DNA of 63,577 nucleotides, the filler included, from Dimorphilus gyrociliatus (lineage: Eukaryota > Animalia > Annelida), in NCBI GenBank assembly GCA_904063045.1. It is 4 parts of 4 records of this genome, joined end to end, with 100 filler letters (N's around TTAATTAATTAA, not from the genome) between each part and the next. Parts side by side here need not be neighbours in the genome. Positions count along the whole stretch, not along the records: positions 43,025 to 60,296 come from CAJFCJ010000217.1; positions 60,397 to 63,577 come from CAJFCJ010000204.1; 2 more parts are not named here. One strand, given 5' to 3'. The notes beneath the pieces were generated by a model. The model saw only the letters and a list, made by a program, of their open reading frames with translations, had not been told where the DNA came from and did no database searches. A program made the translations under genes and the position numbers. Within the stretch, counting starts at the first letter, position 1; each line of letters starts with the position of its first letter. Below, one piece after another: positions 50,201 through 61,468 of the stretch.

Positions 50201-50244
50201 TGGTAGAAATCCAAATGAATCAGGAACCTCAATGATATACAACA
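47242..50244 (+). mobile_element. Second Ginger-like integrase element, interrupted by a Merlin insertion in its left TIR
   Basis: Termini TGTTGTAT (47242) and ATACAACA (50244). Left arm 47242-47403 plus 48568-~48740 matches the right arm ~49990-50244 imperfectly. Degraded integrase ~48790-49640: H..GH..C..C, IMVDLVDL, HSDNGREFVN, PRSQGKTERF. Confidence 0.75.
47404..48567 (-). mobile_element. Merlin/IS1016 (ISXO2-like) DNA transposon, one frameshift
   Basis: ~150-bp TIRs starting GG(C/T)AG(G/A)TGTAAAGTATACCACCCCCCC; 8-bp TSD GGATTTTT (47396-47403 and 48568-48575). Transposase 48405 to 47543 with CxxC/CxxC, QIDES, YTDSW, HDKVNH..F.DP.TGANTQNIENQW; one 1-bp frameshift near 47875. Confidence 0.92.
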
Positions 50245-51646
50245 ATTATTTATACTTTATATAAGAAAAATGAATGAAAAAATATGTTAAAAAATCAAAA
50301 AAAATTATATCATATATCTTATAAAAATACAATATAGTTATTATCTACTTGTTTAAAATTATAGATTGCTTAATTACATATTATTTAAAAAAATTAATCT
50401 GTGACAAAAAAATAATTATTTGTCCACTTTTTGCTCTATATACCATTGAAATAGGTTTCTTCAAGTCAAAGACCAGTTTTATAAATGTTTTTGTTGGAAT
50501 TGAGTTCTATTATACAATTATAGCTTTTTACAAGTATTTATTTACTTTTCATACTTTTTATGACCATTAATTATTATTTATAGGATTGTAAGCTGGCTGT
50601 ACAGGACTAGCATATCTAATTTAATATTATTTTTAAAATAAATTTTTTCTAAAGCTTTTTTTTGCTATACCGACCTTCAAACAAATATGAATTAATAATC
50701 ATTTTTTGACCGAATTAAAAAAAATAGACTGTTATTTTTATTAAAATATCTATCTAATTATACTTTTCTTGCATCATGATATAAAAAAACAGCAATAAAC
50801 CATTTAATGATATATTTAATGTTTATAGTATTTCTTATATTTTAAAATAATTTTTTTTTATATTCCAATATACATTACATTCTGATCCTAAATAAATATT
50901 TTTTTAAAAAAGATGCTAAATTAAATATAATTTATATCTTATTTAAAAAAAATTATGAGTTTTGTCTTTTCAAGTTTTTAATACATTAATAATAATATAC
51001 AACATGATTAACTGAGATTAGCATATGTTTTTTAAATGTTCGATGCAATTATAAAATTATTGTTATTATACGTTTCTTATAAATTTTTATTGTTTGTATA
51101 TTAAAAAAACCTACAAATTACATAAAATATGAATATACAATACTTCCTTGCGTAGTCAACTGAAAAAAGCATAAAGTTATTTAAAAGTGTACAGAACTAA
51201 GCTTATATTATAAGTTTTGGAAAAATAAAGCAGGAGTATGACAAAAAAAATACAGAATCTTCTACTATAAATACATTTTCACGACTAATTCAGTTTTTTT
51301 TGAAAAGATTCATATTTTTCGGGAAACCTCAAAACTATAAAACTGTACCCTATTTTGAGGTTGATTTTATTAAGCTTATATATATCAGAATATCTGTATA
51401 TTATATTTACATAAATTAGTATATGTTAAGGGTTATTCTTTTTTTTATAATCAAATTTATCTGAAAATTGATATAACCAATAAATCTTTGGTTAAAAGAT
51501 AAAGGTTATTACAGTTTTAATTTATTTAGAAATAAGTTTTTTTTGAATTTCATCCCTTCTATATTTGGTATGTGATTTTTTTTATTTTTATTTTTATTTT
51601 TTCTAGAACAAATTAAAATATTTTAAAAAAATTTTTTGATCCTTAA

Positions 51647-52150
51647 ATGTCATTTCCATCAATTCAAGAGAGAATAAGTTTTTTTGAAAGTATTAATAAA
51701 AGAAGAAGGATAATAAGAGAGTGTGACTGGATATCATTCCAGCTCGGGATAAAACCTCATGTGACTACAGGTGAAAATGACCTAAAGAAGTGGGTAAATA
51801 GCTATACCAAAAAATCTTTTGAGAAGAAACTATTAATAGAAGAGAATTCTCACCAAAACAACAGTGTGAGTAAAATCATTGAAGTAAAAAATAACAGGTT
51901 TATAAATAAAGTTAGCGAGCCTCAGCAAAATAAGGATAGCAAGATGGTACCAATTGATAATAAAAGGATAAATCCTAAGTTAAGTAGAAGACTAGACCCA
52001 GAAGAGTCACGAGAATAGACTATACCCCAGGTAGAATGAATCAGTCTGGGGAAATTAAAAATAAACAGATACCAATTAGTAGTAAAACGATAAATCCTAA
52101 GTTAAGTAGAAGATCAGACCCCAGAAGAGTCACTAAATAGACTATAACCC
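51647..52150 (+). pseudogene. Short basic ORF whose 3' end is tandemly duplicated (~122-bp period) and out of frame
   Basis: ATAAATCCTAAGTTAAGTAGAAG..GACCC(C)AGAAGAGTCAC...TAGACTATA occurs at ~51968 and ~52090; no domain recognised. Confidence 0.35.
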
Positions 52151-52229
52151 TGATAAAAAATAATACTAATATAGTCTATAATTAAACCCATGTATTATTG
52201 TTTTTTATTTAAATTATCTTTATATTAAT

Positions 52230-54000
52230 GAAGTTGGCTACTCATTTAAATGTAAGAAACTATTATGGTGATATTGTAAAATTTAAGATGTAGCGGAAGT
52301 TTTGGGATTTTACAAAAAAAATTACTGACCTTTATGAACACAATGGATGGGTTTTAATAAGATTATCAATAATGATAGGGTCCGCAGATGACTTACATTT
52401 CTTTCTTGTTGAAAAAGGAATACACTGCTGGAAAAAAAACCGGGCTCCTTAAAAATACTCAATTTTAAATGTTAACACATAACACAATCAATTAAAATTT
52501 ATTAAATATTATGTAATCTTTCTTATACTTTTAGCTTTTTTCTAATCTCTTATTAACTATTTTTTTATAACATTTGATGAAATTTGTGAAAAAAACCGGA
52601 CACTTCTAAAAAATAATGTTTAATAGTCAATTGGGCCACCTCTTTAGCTATTACAGCTTTACATCTATTCTTCATTGATTTAATAATTTTGGTTATAAAT
52701 TCGTTTGGGATATTGTTCCATATTTTGATAATTGTCTCATTTAAGCTCAATCATTGATTTAAATGATTTTTTCGCTAGTTTATTTTTAATGAACCCCAAA
52801 CATTCTCTATAGGATTCAAATCTGGCGATTGTGCAGGCCAGTCCATTACAGAAATTTGTTTTCTTTAAAAAATTGTTTAGTTATTTAAGAAACGTAGCAA
52901 GATGCGTTATCTTGCTGAAAAATAAAGCTATTTAATGACAATTTATTGGCGGATTGTTGTAGATTTTATGAAATTAAATCAATATAACCAATAGAATTTA
53001 ATTGTTTTCTATTTTAACTAGGTTTCCCAACCTTTTGATGACATACATCCCCAATACATCAAACTTCCACCTCCAAATTTTATAGTTCGAATTAAAGTGT
53101 TTTCTTTTAGCCTTTCACCAACTTTCCACTAGACCTTTTCTATCATATCCACTCAATCTAAATCTAGACTCATCGCTCCATATCACACTGTTCCATTGAT
53201 CTTCAGTGTTTGAAATGTTTTTGAGTGCCCATGTTAATTATTTTTTTTGTGTCACCTAGACAAGAGAGGGGTTTAGCTGCAACTCTTGAATAAATATCGA
53301 GCTTATTTAGATTTTTTCTTATTGTGCGAGTACACACATTTATCGACATATTTTTTTGTATTTCCTTGATGATAAAAACGGTTTTCTATTAATAACACCA
53401 TTAATTGTTCAAATCTTCCCATCAAAGGAGCTTTTTCTCCCAGAGCCTTGTAATCTTTCAACAATTCCTATACTATTATACTTTTTAAGTACATCATGGA
53501 CTGTAGATCTCGGAACAGCCGTTTTTTATGAAATTTTCCTGATTGAGCACCCTCTGGTTTTAGCATTAATATCAATTGCTTCATGTCCTCCGACCAATGC
53601 TTACACATATAAGGGGGGAAACCTGCACCTTTAATTTATAGTAACATGGAGCGAAAATTTAATTTTCAACCAATTTTTCAGGTGCCCGGCTTTTTCCACA
53701 AATTTCATCAAATGTTATAAAAAAATTACTTAATAAGAGATTAGAGAAAAGTAAAAAGTATAAGAAAGATTACATAGCATCTAATAAGTTTTAATTGATT
53801 GTGTTATGTGTTAATATTTAAAATTGAGCCATTTTTAAGGTGTCCGGTTTTTTTCCACCAGTGTAGTACTGCATTTAACAGAATAAATACATCATACAAA
53901 ATAATTTATGGCCATTATAGCGTAAATAATGCTTATTACTTTGTAGATCCAAAAGATCCTTCTATTTACACAAAAAAAATAAAGACTTTTTTCTCTTAGT
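52230..54000 (+). mobile_element. Internally deleted Merlin relic split by the Tc1 insertion
   Basis: Joining the flanks at the TA gives ..FFLVEK/RNST.....GHYSVNNAYYFVDPKDPSIYTKKIKTFFS, matching the ISXO2 VNH..FVDP...HTQ.IE.FWS motif. Confidence 0.45.
52423..53863 (-). mobile_element. Tc1-family (DD34E) transposon with IR/DR-type ~210-bp TIRs, frameshifted
   Basis: TA-CACTG...CAGTG-TA; outer and inner AAAAAAACCGG(A/G)CAC repeats. Fragments WSDESRF, GGGSLMYWGCM, FQQDNAS, SPDLNPIE. Confidence 0.88.
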
Positions 54001-54386
54001 CGAATATCATCTCCGATAATAAATTGTGTTAGTAGACGTGATCAATATTTACGTTTAACGAGTTTTATTGATTAATAAAACTAAAAAAATTTGTAGGTTT
54101 GTTATATATTACTTCTGATAAAAGTTTAAAGCTTTAAGATTTTTTCATTTATCTTCTTTTTTTAAAAGGATAGTACATTGTGTATGCATACCTTTTTTCT
54201 TCTTTTAATTAAAAACACCTTTCTATTTAAATATTAATATAGTTAACTCAAGTCGACAAAATTTGAAAAATTAGAAGGTAAAATAATTAAACTTTATGTA
54301 TTTCACATGTGACCACTTTGGACTCATATGTTTATAAAGTTATTATTAAGTGCAAGGTTTATTTTAATACTAAAAAATAGTTTATT

Positions 54387-55837
54387 CAGTGTGTTAAGAA
54401 AAAAACTGGACACCCTATTTTTTATTAAAATCCCGCTTTTAGGAGATATAATAATATATTTTTATATTATAAAGACTGTTTTTACATATATTAGTATTTT
54501 AATGATTATTTTGTTTGATATGGACTAAATGTAGTTCATAAATTTTTTTTTTGAGACTGTTAAGAAAAAAACTGGACACCAATAAATTTACGTTTTCCTC
54601 CACTTTAGTATAAATAGAGGATTTATTATACCCTAAAATGTCACATCAATACTCAGAGAGCAAAAGGGGAGAGGTATAGGCCTGATCAAATCAGGTTTAT
54701 CATATCGAAAAATAGGAGAAATACTTGAGATTCCAAAGTCTTCGGTGGCCTAATTGTCAACAAGTATTATAAATATAATACAAATAAGCATTTATGTAAT
54801 AATGGTAGGCCATCTAAACTTACTTCAATTATAAATGATTATATACTCAATCAAGTTCAAAAAAAGAATGATATTTCGTGTAGGAAGTTGTCCAAAAAAA
54901 GTATAGGAGCTAGTTTTTCACATGTTACAATACGTAAATATCTTAATAATAACAATATTTTTCATATTCTCCCATAAAAAACCTTTATTGAAGCCTCGCC
55001 ATATTCTTTCACGTTTTGAGGCAAGCAAGAGATGATCAAATACCCAGAACAGGTGATAAAGAAGATGATATTTAGTGACGAGTGTAAATTTAACCTTCAA
55101 AATTCAGATGGTAACAATAAAATTTGGCGTCGGCCAAATACAGGATACAATCTCGATAATGTTAAAGCAACTTTAAAATTTGGTGGAGGGTCTGTTATGG
55201 TATGGGGTTGTTTTTCATATGAAGGTGTAGGAATACTTAAATTCATAGATGTAAAAATGGATGCTGGCTATATTGTAATATGCTAAGCTCTTGTCTATTT
55301 GATTCAGTTACCAAAATGGGATTATCCGATTATATTTTTGTTCAGGATAATGATCCCAAACACTAGCAAGTTGCTAAAGAGTTTTTCATAGAAAACAATA
55401 TTAAAGTAGAAGATTGGCCTGCCAATCTCCAGATTGCAACCCAATAGAGAATCTTTGGGGACTCATAAAAAGAAAAATCGGAAAAAAGATATTCAAATCA
55501 AAAGAAGAATTAAAGGTAAAAATGGTGCGTCAATGGAATAACATCCCAATTAGTGTGTGCCAGAGGCTTGCATTATCTTTCAAAAACGAGCTTCATTAGT
55601 TTATAGAGCAAAAGGTGGCCATATTAATGAATAAAAAAAGTGTCCAGTTTTTTTCTTAACAGTCTCAGAAAAAAAATTGATGAAACTACGGTTTAGTCCA
55701 TATCAAAACAAATAATCATTAAAATACTAATTTATGTCAAAAAATAGTCTTTATAATATAACAATATATTATTATATCTCCTAAAAGTGGGAACTTTGAT
55801 AAAAAATAGGGTGTCCAGTTTTTTTCTTAACACACTG
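54387..55837 (+). mobile_element. Second Tc1-family IR/DR transposon, frameshifted
   Basis: CAGTGTGTTAAGAAAAAAACTGGACAC termini with inner repeats at ~54560 and ~55630; TA at the right end. Fragments FSDECKFN, GGGSVMVWGCF, QDNDPKH, SPDCNPIENLW. Confidence 0.88.
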
Positions 55838-55842
55838 TATAA

Positions 55843-56724
55843 ATGGTTTTTAATTCGGATAATGAACTAACATTAATCTTGAATAATAGGAGATCCTTAA
55901 TAAACTGCTTAAGGAATAAAAACCTGCTAAAAAGTATAGTTTATTGCACAGAATGTAATATACTATTGAAAATTATAAAATATAGAAGAATAGAGATGGA
56001 GAGGCGTTTATTTGTTATTCTAAGAGCTGCTTTATGTTTAAGAAATATATACAATTAGAAAAAACAGCTTCTTTGAAGGTTTTAATACGGAATTACTCAA
56101 AATAATTCTTTGTTGTTATAAGTGGGGGGTTTAATTACGATGGGTTGGTGTTTAAAGAGACTTAAACCTATCTAAAATCACTGTTCAATTAATTTATAAA
56201 AAACTTCATGATAAAACTATTAGCTTTTTTACGGAAAATTTAATGGTTCTTGGTTGAAGTGGTATTGTCTGTCGAATTGACGAAAGTATGTTTAAATACA
56301 AACAGAAATATCATATAGGCAGACTTCGAGTGATAATAGGCGGGGTATAACAGATACATCTACATCCTTTGCTAAATGTTATGTAGAACTTGTAGAAAAT
56401 AGAAAAGCAGTCACACCCTTACTCATTATATATAGAGTGTGTAAAAATAGTATAATTATTTGGAGTGATGAATGGCAATGTTATAATGATGTTTATGCTT
56501 TGGGATGTAATCATGGTATTGTAACCCATAAATACAGCTTCAAAGATCCAGTAACTGGAGTACATACTCAGAATGTCGAATCTCTCTGGAATAAATTAAA
56601 AAAGAGAATGAAAAAATTAATGGGAAGTAGTGGAAATAATCTTAATGACTATTTGAAAGAATGGATGTGGAAGGACAATTATGGTCTGAAAAACTGCAAC
56701 AATGGTATGGATTTAATAAAATAA
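55843..56724 (+). mobile_element. Degenerate Merlin/ISXO2 transposase relic
   Basis: CTEC zinc motif, RIDESMFKYKQKYHIG, IIWSDEW..Y, F.DPVTGVHTQNVESLWNKLK across several frames; no TIR seen. Confidence 0.75.
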
Positions 56725-56778
56725 TTTTTTAAAATTTTCAAAAAATGGTGATAATTTCTAACCCTGATCCAATAATTA

Positions 56779-58290
56779 TTGATAAAACTTTTCATTAGAA
56801 AATTTAGTAACATGATGGAGATATTTTCATTCAAACAATTAGTTTCCTTAGGTAAAATTGAATATCCAGATGCAAACGAGCAAAAGGACACTTTAATAGC
56901 ATCATCTCATAACTGTATCACAACAAGACACACACATTTAGAACTAGACACCCTCGGTGTTTTAGGCCCCTCACATCACTAATACCTTTTCTAACCACAA
57001 CCAGTCCCTTAGAAATACGTACCAATGGGCAAGCAGTCAATAGGGCTTATAGGATATAATCACCATAAGAGAATAGACACATACAACTCACTTAGCTACC
57101 CACAGAGGCCCATAGTTGCCACAAGAACATCTGATATTTTGAATTATAATAGACTTCCTTCTGGAATGAATGCAATGGTGGCTGTTATGTCATATTCTGG
57201 ATATGATATTGAAGATGCAATTGTTTTAAACAAAGCTTCTATTGATAGAGGATTCGGGCGAACAGAAGTTTACAAGAATGTAAAAGCTGGAATTGGAAGT
57301 TTTTCATCCGGAAGTACTGATATTCCACTCCCCTTCAGGGATCATAGAATACAATCAGAGAGTGATTCATAAGAAAGAACAACGACGGAATTATAGCACC
57401 AGAAGCAAAAAATACACTCTGGACAGGTTTTAGTAAACAAGCATTCTCCATTTGAAAATGCATATAAATTTACAGGAGAAACTTATAAAGAAATTTATCC
57501 TATTATAGTCAATAAATCAATAATTACAAATTCTGAGAGCGAGAAAATGATAAAAATCAAGCTACGACAAACACGGAGACCTAAAATAGGAGATAAGTTT
57601 AGTAGTAGACACGACCAAAGGGTGTTGTTGGTACAATAATTGAGCAAGAAGATTTACTATTTAATGAAGAACGTATCACCCCGGATCTCATAATAACCCC
57701 CATGGATTTCCATCGAGAATGATAGTTGTCAAGATTTTAGAGGTATTAGCGGCAAATCAGGCGTAGTAGGAGGGTACAGAGTTGATGGAACTCCTTTTGA
57801 AAGCTATACAAGAGACATGGATAACAATCATACTCAGAGGGAACCATTATTGACTTACTTCCGAAGTATGGTTATAACTACTCGGGAAAGGATATTTTCT
57901 ATGATGGAGAAACAGAGAAGCTATTAACAGGATATGTATTTATCAGAAATTAAAACATATGGTCGCTGACAAATTCATGGTCGAGCTAGGGAAAAGAACT
58001 ATGCTTACTAGACAGCCAACAGAGGATCGTTCTAGAGATGGAGGTCTTAGGCTCGGGGAGATGGAAAGGGACTGCCTTATCGGATATGGTGCTTCCCATC
58101 TATTAAGAGAACGCCTGTTTGTCTCAAGTGATTACTATAAGGTCACTATTTGTGTATAATGTGGAATAATTAGTGGGAAGAACAACTGTAAACTATGTAA
58201 TATTGGCGTTACAATTGATATAGATATCCCTTATGCTTGTAAGCTACTAATGCAAGAGTTAATGTCAATGAATATTACTCAAAGATGAAG
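56779..58290 (+). pseudogene. RPC2: RNA polymerase III second-largest subunit (RPC2/RET1/POLR3B), C-terminal part, intronless and multiply disrupted
   Basis: MGKQSIG, LPSGMNAMVAVMSYSGYDIEDAIVLNKASIDRGFGR (Pol III-type YDIEDA, not Pol II YNQEDS), [67 protein letters not shown]; many frameshifts and stops. Confidence 0.9.
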
Positions 58291-59812
58291 AAAGAATATG
58301 AAGAAACGTTTATAATAAGCCTTGATCAAGAGTATCTGTGCGTTCCTCAAATAAATTTTATTAATTAAAATTCTTAAAAGTTTATTTCAGTATCAAATAA
58401 AACCTCTCAGTAATGTAAAATCAATTTAACATTTAGATATATCAGTATAAAACTCAGAAAACATATACGAAAGATTTTCAACAGCATTATGGAGACTATA
58501 ATTTCATGATTATTATCATTTTATACTATTTAAAACAAAAAGCTATAATCAACAGAAACACGAAATAGACGTAGAAAAGCAATTTTCATCATATGAGTAT
58601 TATAAGGTAGAAATTGGTAATACAATAACTTGTTTACCTATACTTGAATTCCAGAATACAACTAAAAGGCATAAACCTATTTTAAATAAAGATGACTTTA
58701 TATAGATAAGAATTATTTCAATAAAGGATAATGTTGTATTAAGCTACGATGGTAACAATTTAGGATTTGTTGTGAGAGAAAAAGGATACTATATAGGCAG
58801 CTAGAGATATATGTTTCTTTATTTAAACAACATACTAAAAACTAGGGATGAGCATGATTATAGTATGCAATTGATTTAAATAGTTATATATGGATTGATT
58901 GCGAAAACACTAAAGATATACCTGAGCGTAACAGGGACTATAACTAGTTTTTACAACTTCCTACGATCCTTTTTTATTGCCTTGAATATTTAATTTACAC
59001 TTTTCCAATCTAAAAGAGCTCTGAATATACTCTGAGAAATCCTCAAGACATAAAATATGAAATGCTTTGTTCTAGATGAATTGTGCTAAGATGTGTATTC
59101 TATAATCATTAAAATTCTAATTCTCTATTTAGCACCTCAATAATAAGAGCTTTTTTAAATTTTGTATTTTAGAAACTTCTCACCTTTTTTCAGCTTTTAA
59201 GGAACTTTTAATTAAAAAATATAGCCAGAATTAAGATCAATACTATCTATGAACAAACAATTATTATTTGGACTAGTAATAGCACGAAGTTGCTTCTCTC
59301 AATGGTTTAGAAGCCAATTAAAAATTTCACTTTTTTATTTTCTCAAAATAGAAGTCTAATTTTTTTAAAGCATTCCAATTCCTTAAAATCTTATGATAAA
59401 AGTCAATATTACAAATAAATTTATCTCCCCTGGAGTCTTTTATATATAATTTGTGGCTGAGTTTTGGAGTAATTCTGTTAAACTGTCATGTTAGTGGCTC
59501 AATCTCTAATTTTAAATAGATAGTCATCAAAGTGTAAAGAAATACATCTCTTATTGTTTATTAAACTTGCTGACAGAGATTTATTACGTCGTGATAGTAT
59601 GAAATTTAATCATGAACCAGTATATAAAAACATTATTTCATAAAGACTTAGAAATTTTCTCGAGAATATTCATCATAAAAAATTATTTGAAGAATATTAT
59701 ACCAATTTAATTAATTATTCTATAATTTGGCTTTGAAACAAAAACGTTAATAAATGTATATCAATTAATAATTATATATTTTTAAAAAAAGAAATGATAT
59801 TAAGCTATTTAT

Positions 59813-60296
59813 TCAGAAATATGTAAATCTTTTAGTTTTCCATAATCTTATATTCCCCATAGGATTGCCTGTAACAAAATCTCCATTTCTTCCTGCAGCA
59901 AAGTGCACCACTCTATCATCTTGGGGACATATTCTGACTCTTTCTAGTTTCTCATCAGTGACTTGGACACAACTATCTGGATATCCGAAGTTGATATTAT
60001 TTTTCATCTTCATAATGAAGATTGCATACTTGAGAGCTATAGTCCTTAGAGAACTCCTTTTTCCCTGTTTTGGAGTCCCACACCTTTATAGTTTTATCCA
60101 GCAGACCTCCTCCAGTATATACGTATTTATCTGAAATTGTAATTGCTCTAACAGAGGAAGGTGCCCTCCCTCAAACAGAACCTCCATTTTTCTTGTGTCA
60201 AATACATGGAACCTGTTTCTTGACCCAACAGCCAATAAGTTGTCGCGCTGGGCCAAACCACAGATTCCTGTATTTCCAATGTCATACTTCAAATAG
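59813..60296 (-). pseudogene. CDC20: CDC20/CDH1 (fizzy)-like WD40 protein, C-terminal part, frameshifted, 5'-truncated by the gap
   Basis: GICGL....LAVG....VFD.R; VRAI.....TGGG..DKTIKVWD..TG; SQVCNL in a shifted frame; RV..FA....FVTG..GNIRLW. The motif order matches the fizzy-family WD40 C-terminus. Confidence 0.6.
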
Positions 60297-60396
60297 NNNN
60301 NNNNNNNNNNNNNNNNNNNNNNNNNNNNNNNNNNNNNNNNTTAATTAATTAANNNNNNNNNNNNNNNNNNNNNNNNNNNNNNNNNNNNNNNNNNNN
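60297..60396. other. Artificial contig spacer
   Basis: N-run/TTAATTAATTAA/N-run, 100 bp. Confidence 0.95.
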
Positions 60397-60842
60397 TCTG
60401 AATTTATTCTGATATGTGAATTTAGAAATTCCAGGTGAATAAGCCCTTCCCTATACCAAAACACACATGCCATTAGTTTGTCTGCTGACTTACCTGCCTC
60501 AACCTTTTTTGGTGGTGGTGATAGTTTTGTATGGTATTCTAAAGAAACTCTTTTAGTTAATGATTCATGATAGAATACCCATGTTTCATCTCCTGTAACA
60601 ATTTTTGACATAAAATTCTCTCCTTCACCATACTTTTGAATAATTACTCTCTGCTTTATACCATCATCCATACCATGCCACAACTAAAATCTCAATAACT
60701 TTTCAACCAGGGCTTGTAAGTCGAGAAAGTTTTTAGTGACAGTATATTAATCAATGTACTTTCTATTAATGATAAAAATATAGGCCTACAGTGTACCGTT
60801 TTAAAAATACAGCTAAATGGTGAGAACTTTCCGGTGACCCTA
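60397..60842 (-). mobile_element. Mariner-family transposase fragment, truncated by the gap
   Basis: F.SKIVTGDETWVFYHE..TKR.S.EY....SP.PKK......K.MACVFW..EG.IH.EFL. TAGGGTCACCGGAAAGTT near 60825-60842 (minus) resembles a mariner TIR. Confidence 0.75.
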
Positions 60843-61468
60843 ATATATATATACACTGTATATACAGTATATACAATCATCACTTCATTTCTTAAATTTC
60901 TCAGGTCAGTAGCTACAATTTCACAAATGTACACTTTAACCTTCCTGAGATGATCTAAGCCATGATATAACGCATCTTTCACCAAAATTCTTTTATGACA
61001 GGTGTGAAATATTTTCAATATCTAGAACCTAAAGCACTGCTATATATCAAGTTTTCTTCTTATTACTTGTCGGATTTCTCTCAGTTCTTCAATATTATCA
61101 TTAGATTTTCAAATTTATACAAAATATTCAAAATGAAATCTTCAGTTTTGGTTGAAAATTTCAGCCGTTCAAACTCATTTTCTTAGTTATTTGAGACTTA
61201 AATCAATTAAGATTCTAAGAATAAAAGCACATTTAATTGGATATATTTTTTTTAGAAATAAAAATTAAAAAAAAAAATTAATTCTAAAATGATTTATCTT
61301 TTAAAAAATCCATTTCAATAAAGATAATAGGCTTAATTAGTTTAAAAAACAAGTTTATGAAATGTTATTTAATATATATCTTTTGTTATTTATGAACATT
61401 TTTTATGTCTCTTTTTTTACCTTTGAAAAATACAAAAGGTTTTTAAACAAAAAAAAAATTATTTTTTA

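Noticed and set aside
45224-50244. LTR retrotransposons or Polinton/Maverick
   Set aside because: Terminal repeats are inverted, not direct; no gag, RT, RNaseH, polB, ATPase or capsid ORFs; elements are only 1.7-1.8 kb net.
56779-58290. Viral (NCLDV) or Pol II RPB2 gene
   Set aside because: The YSGYDIEDA and LNKASIDRGFG motifs are Pol III-type, and no viral hallmark genes are nearby.
58440-58900. Protein-like but broken plus-strand frame downstream of RPC2
   Set aside because: Multiple stops and no recognisable motif.
43025-60296. Proven microsporidian-to-host horizontal transfer
   Set aside because: The contig is bounded by artificial spacers on both sides, so there is no junction with host DNA; co-assembly is the simpler explanation.
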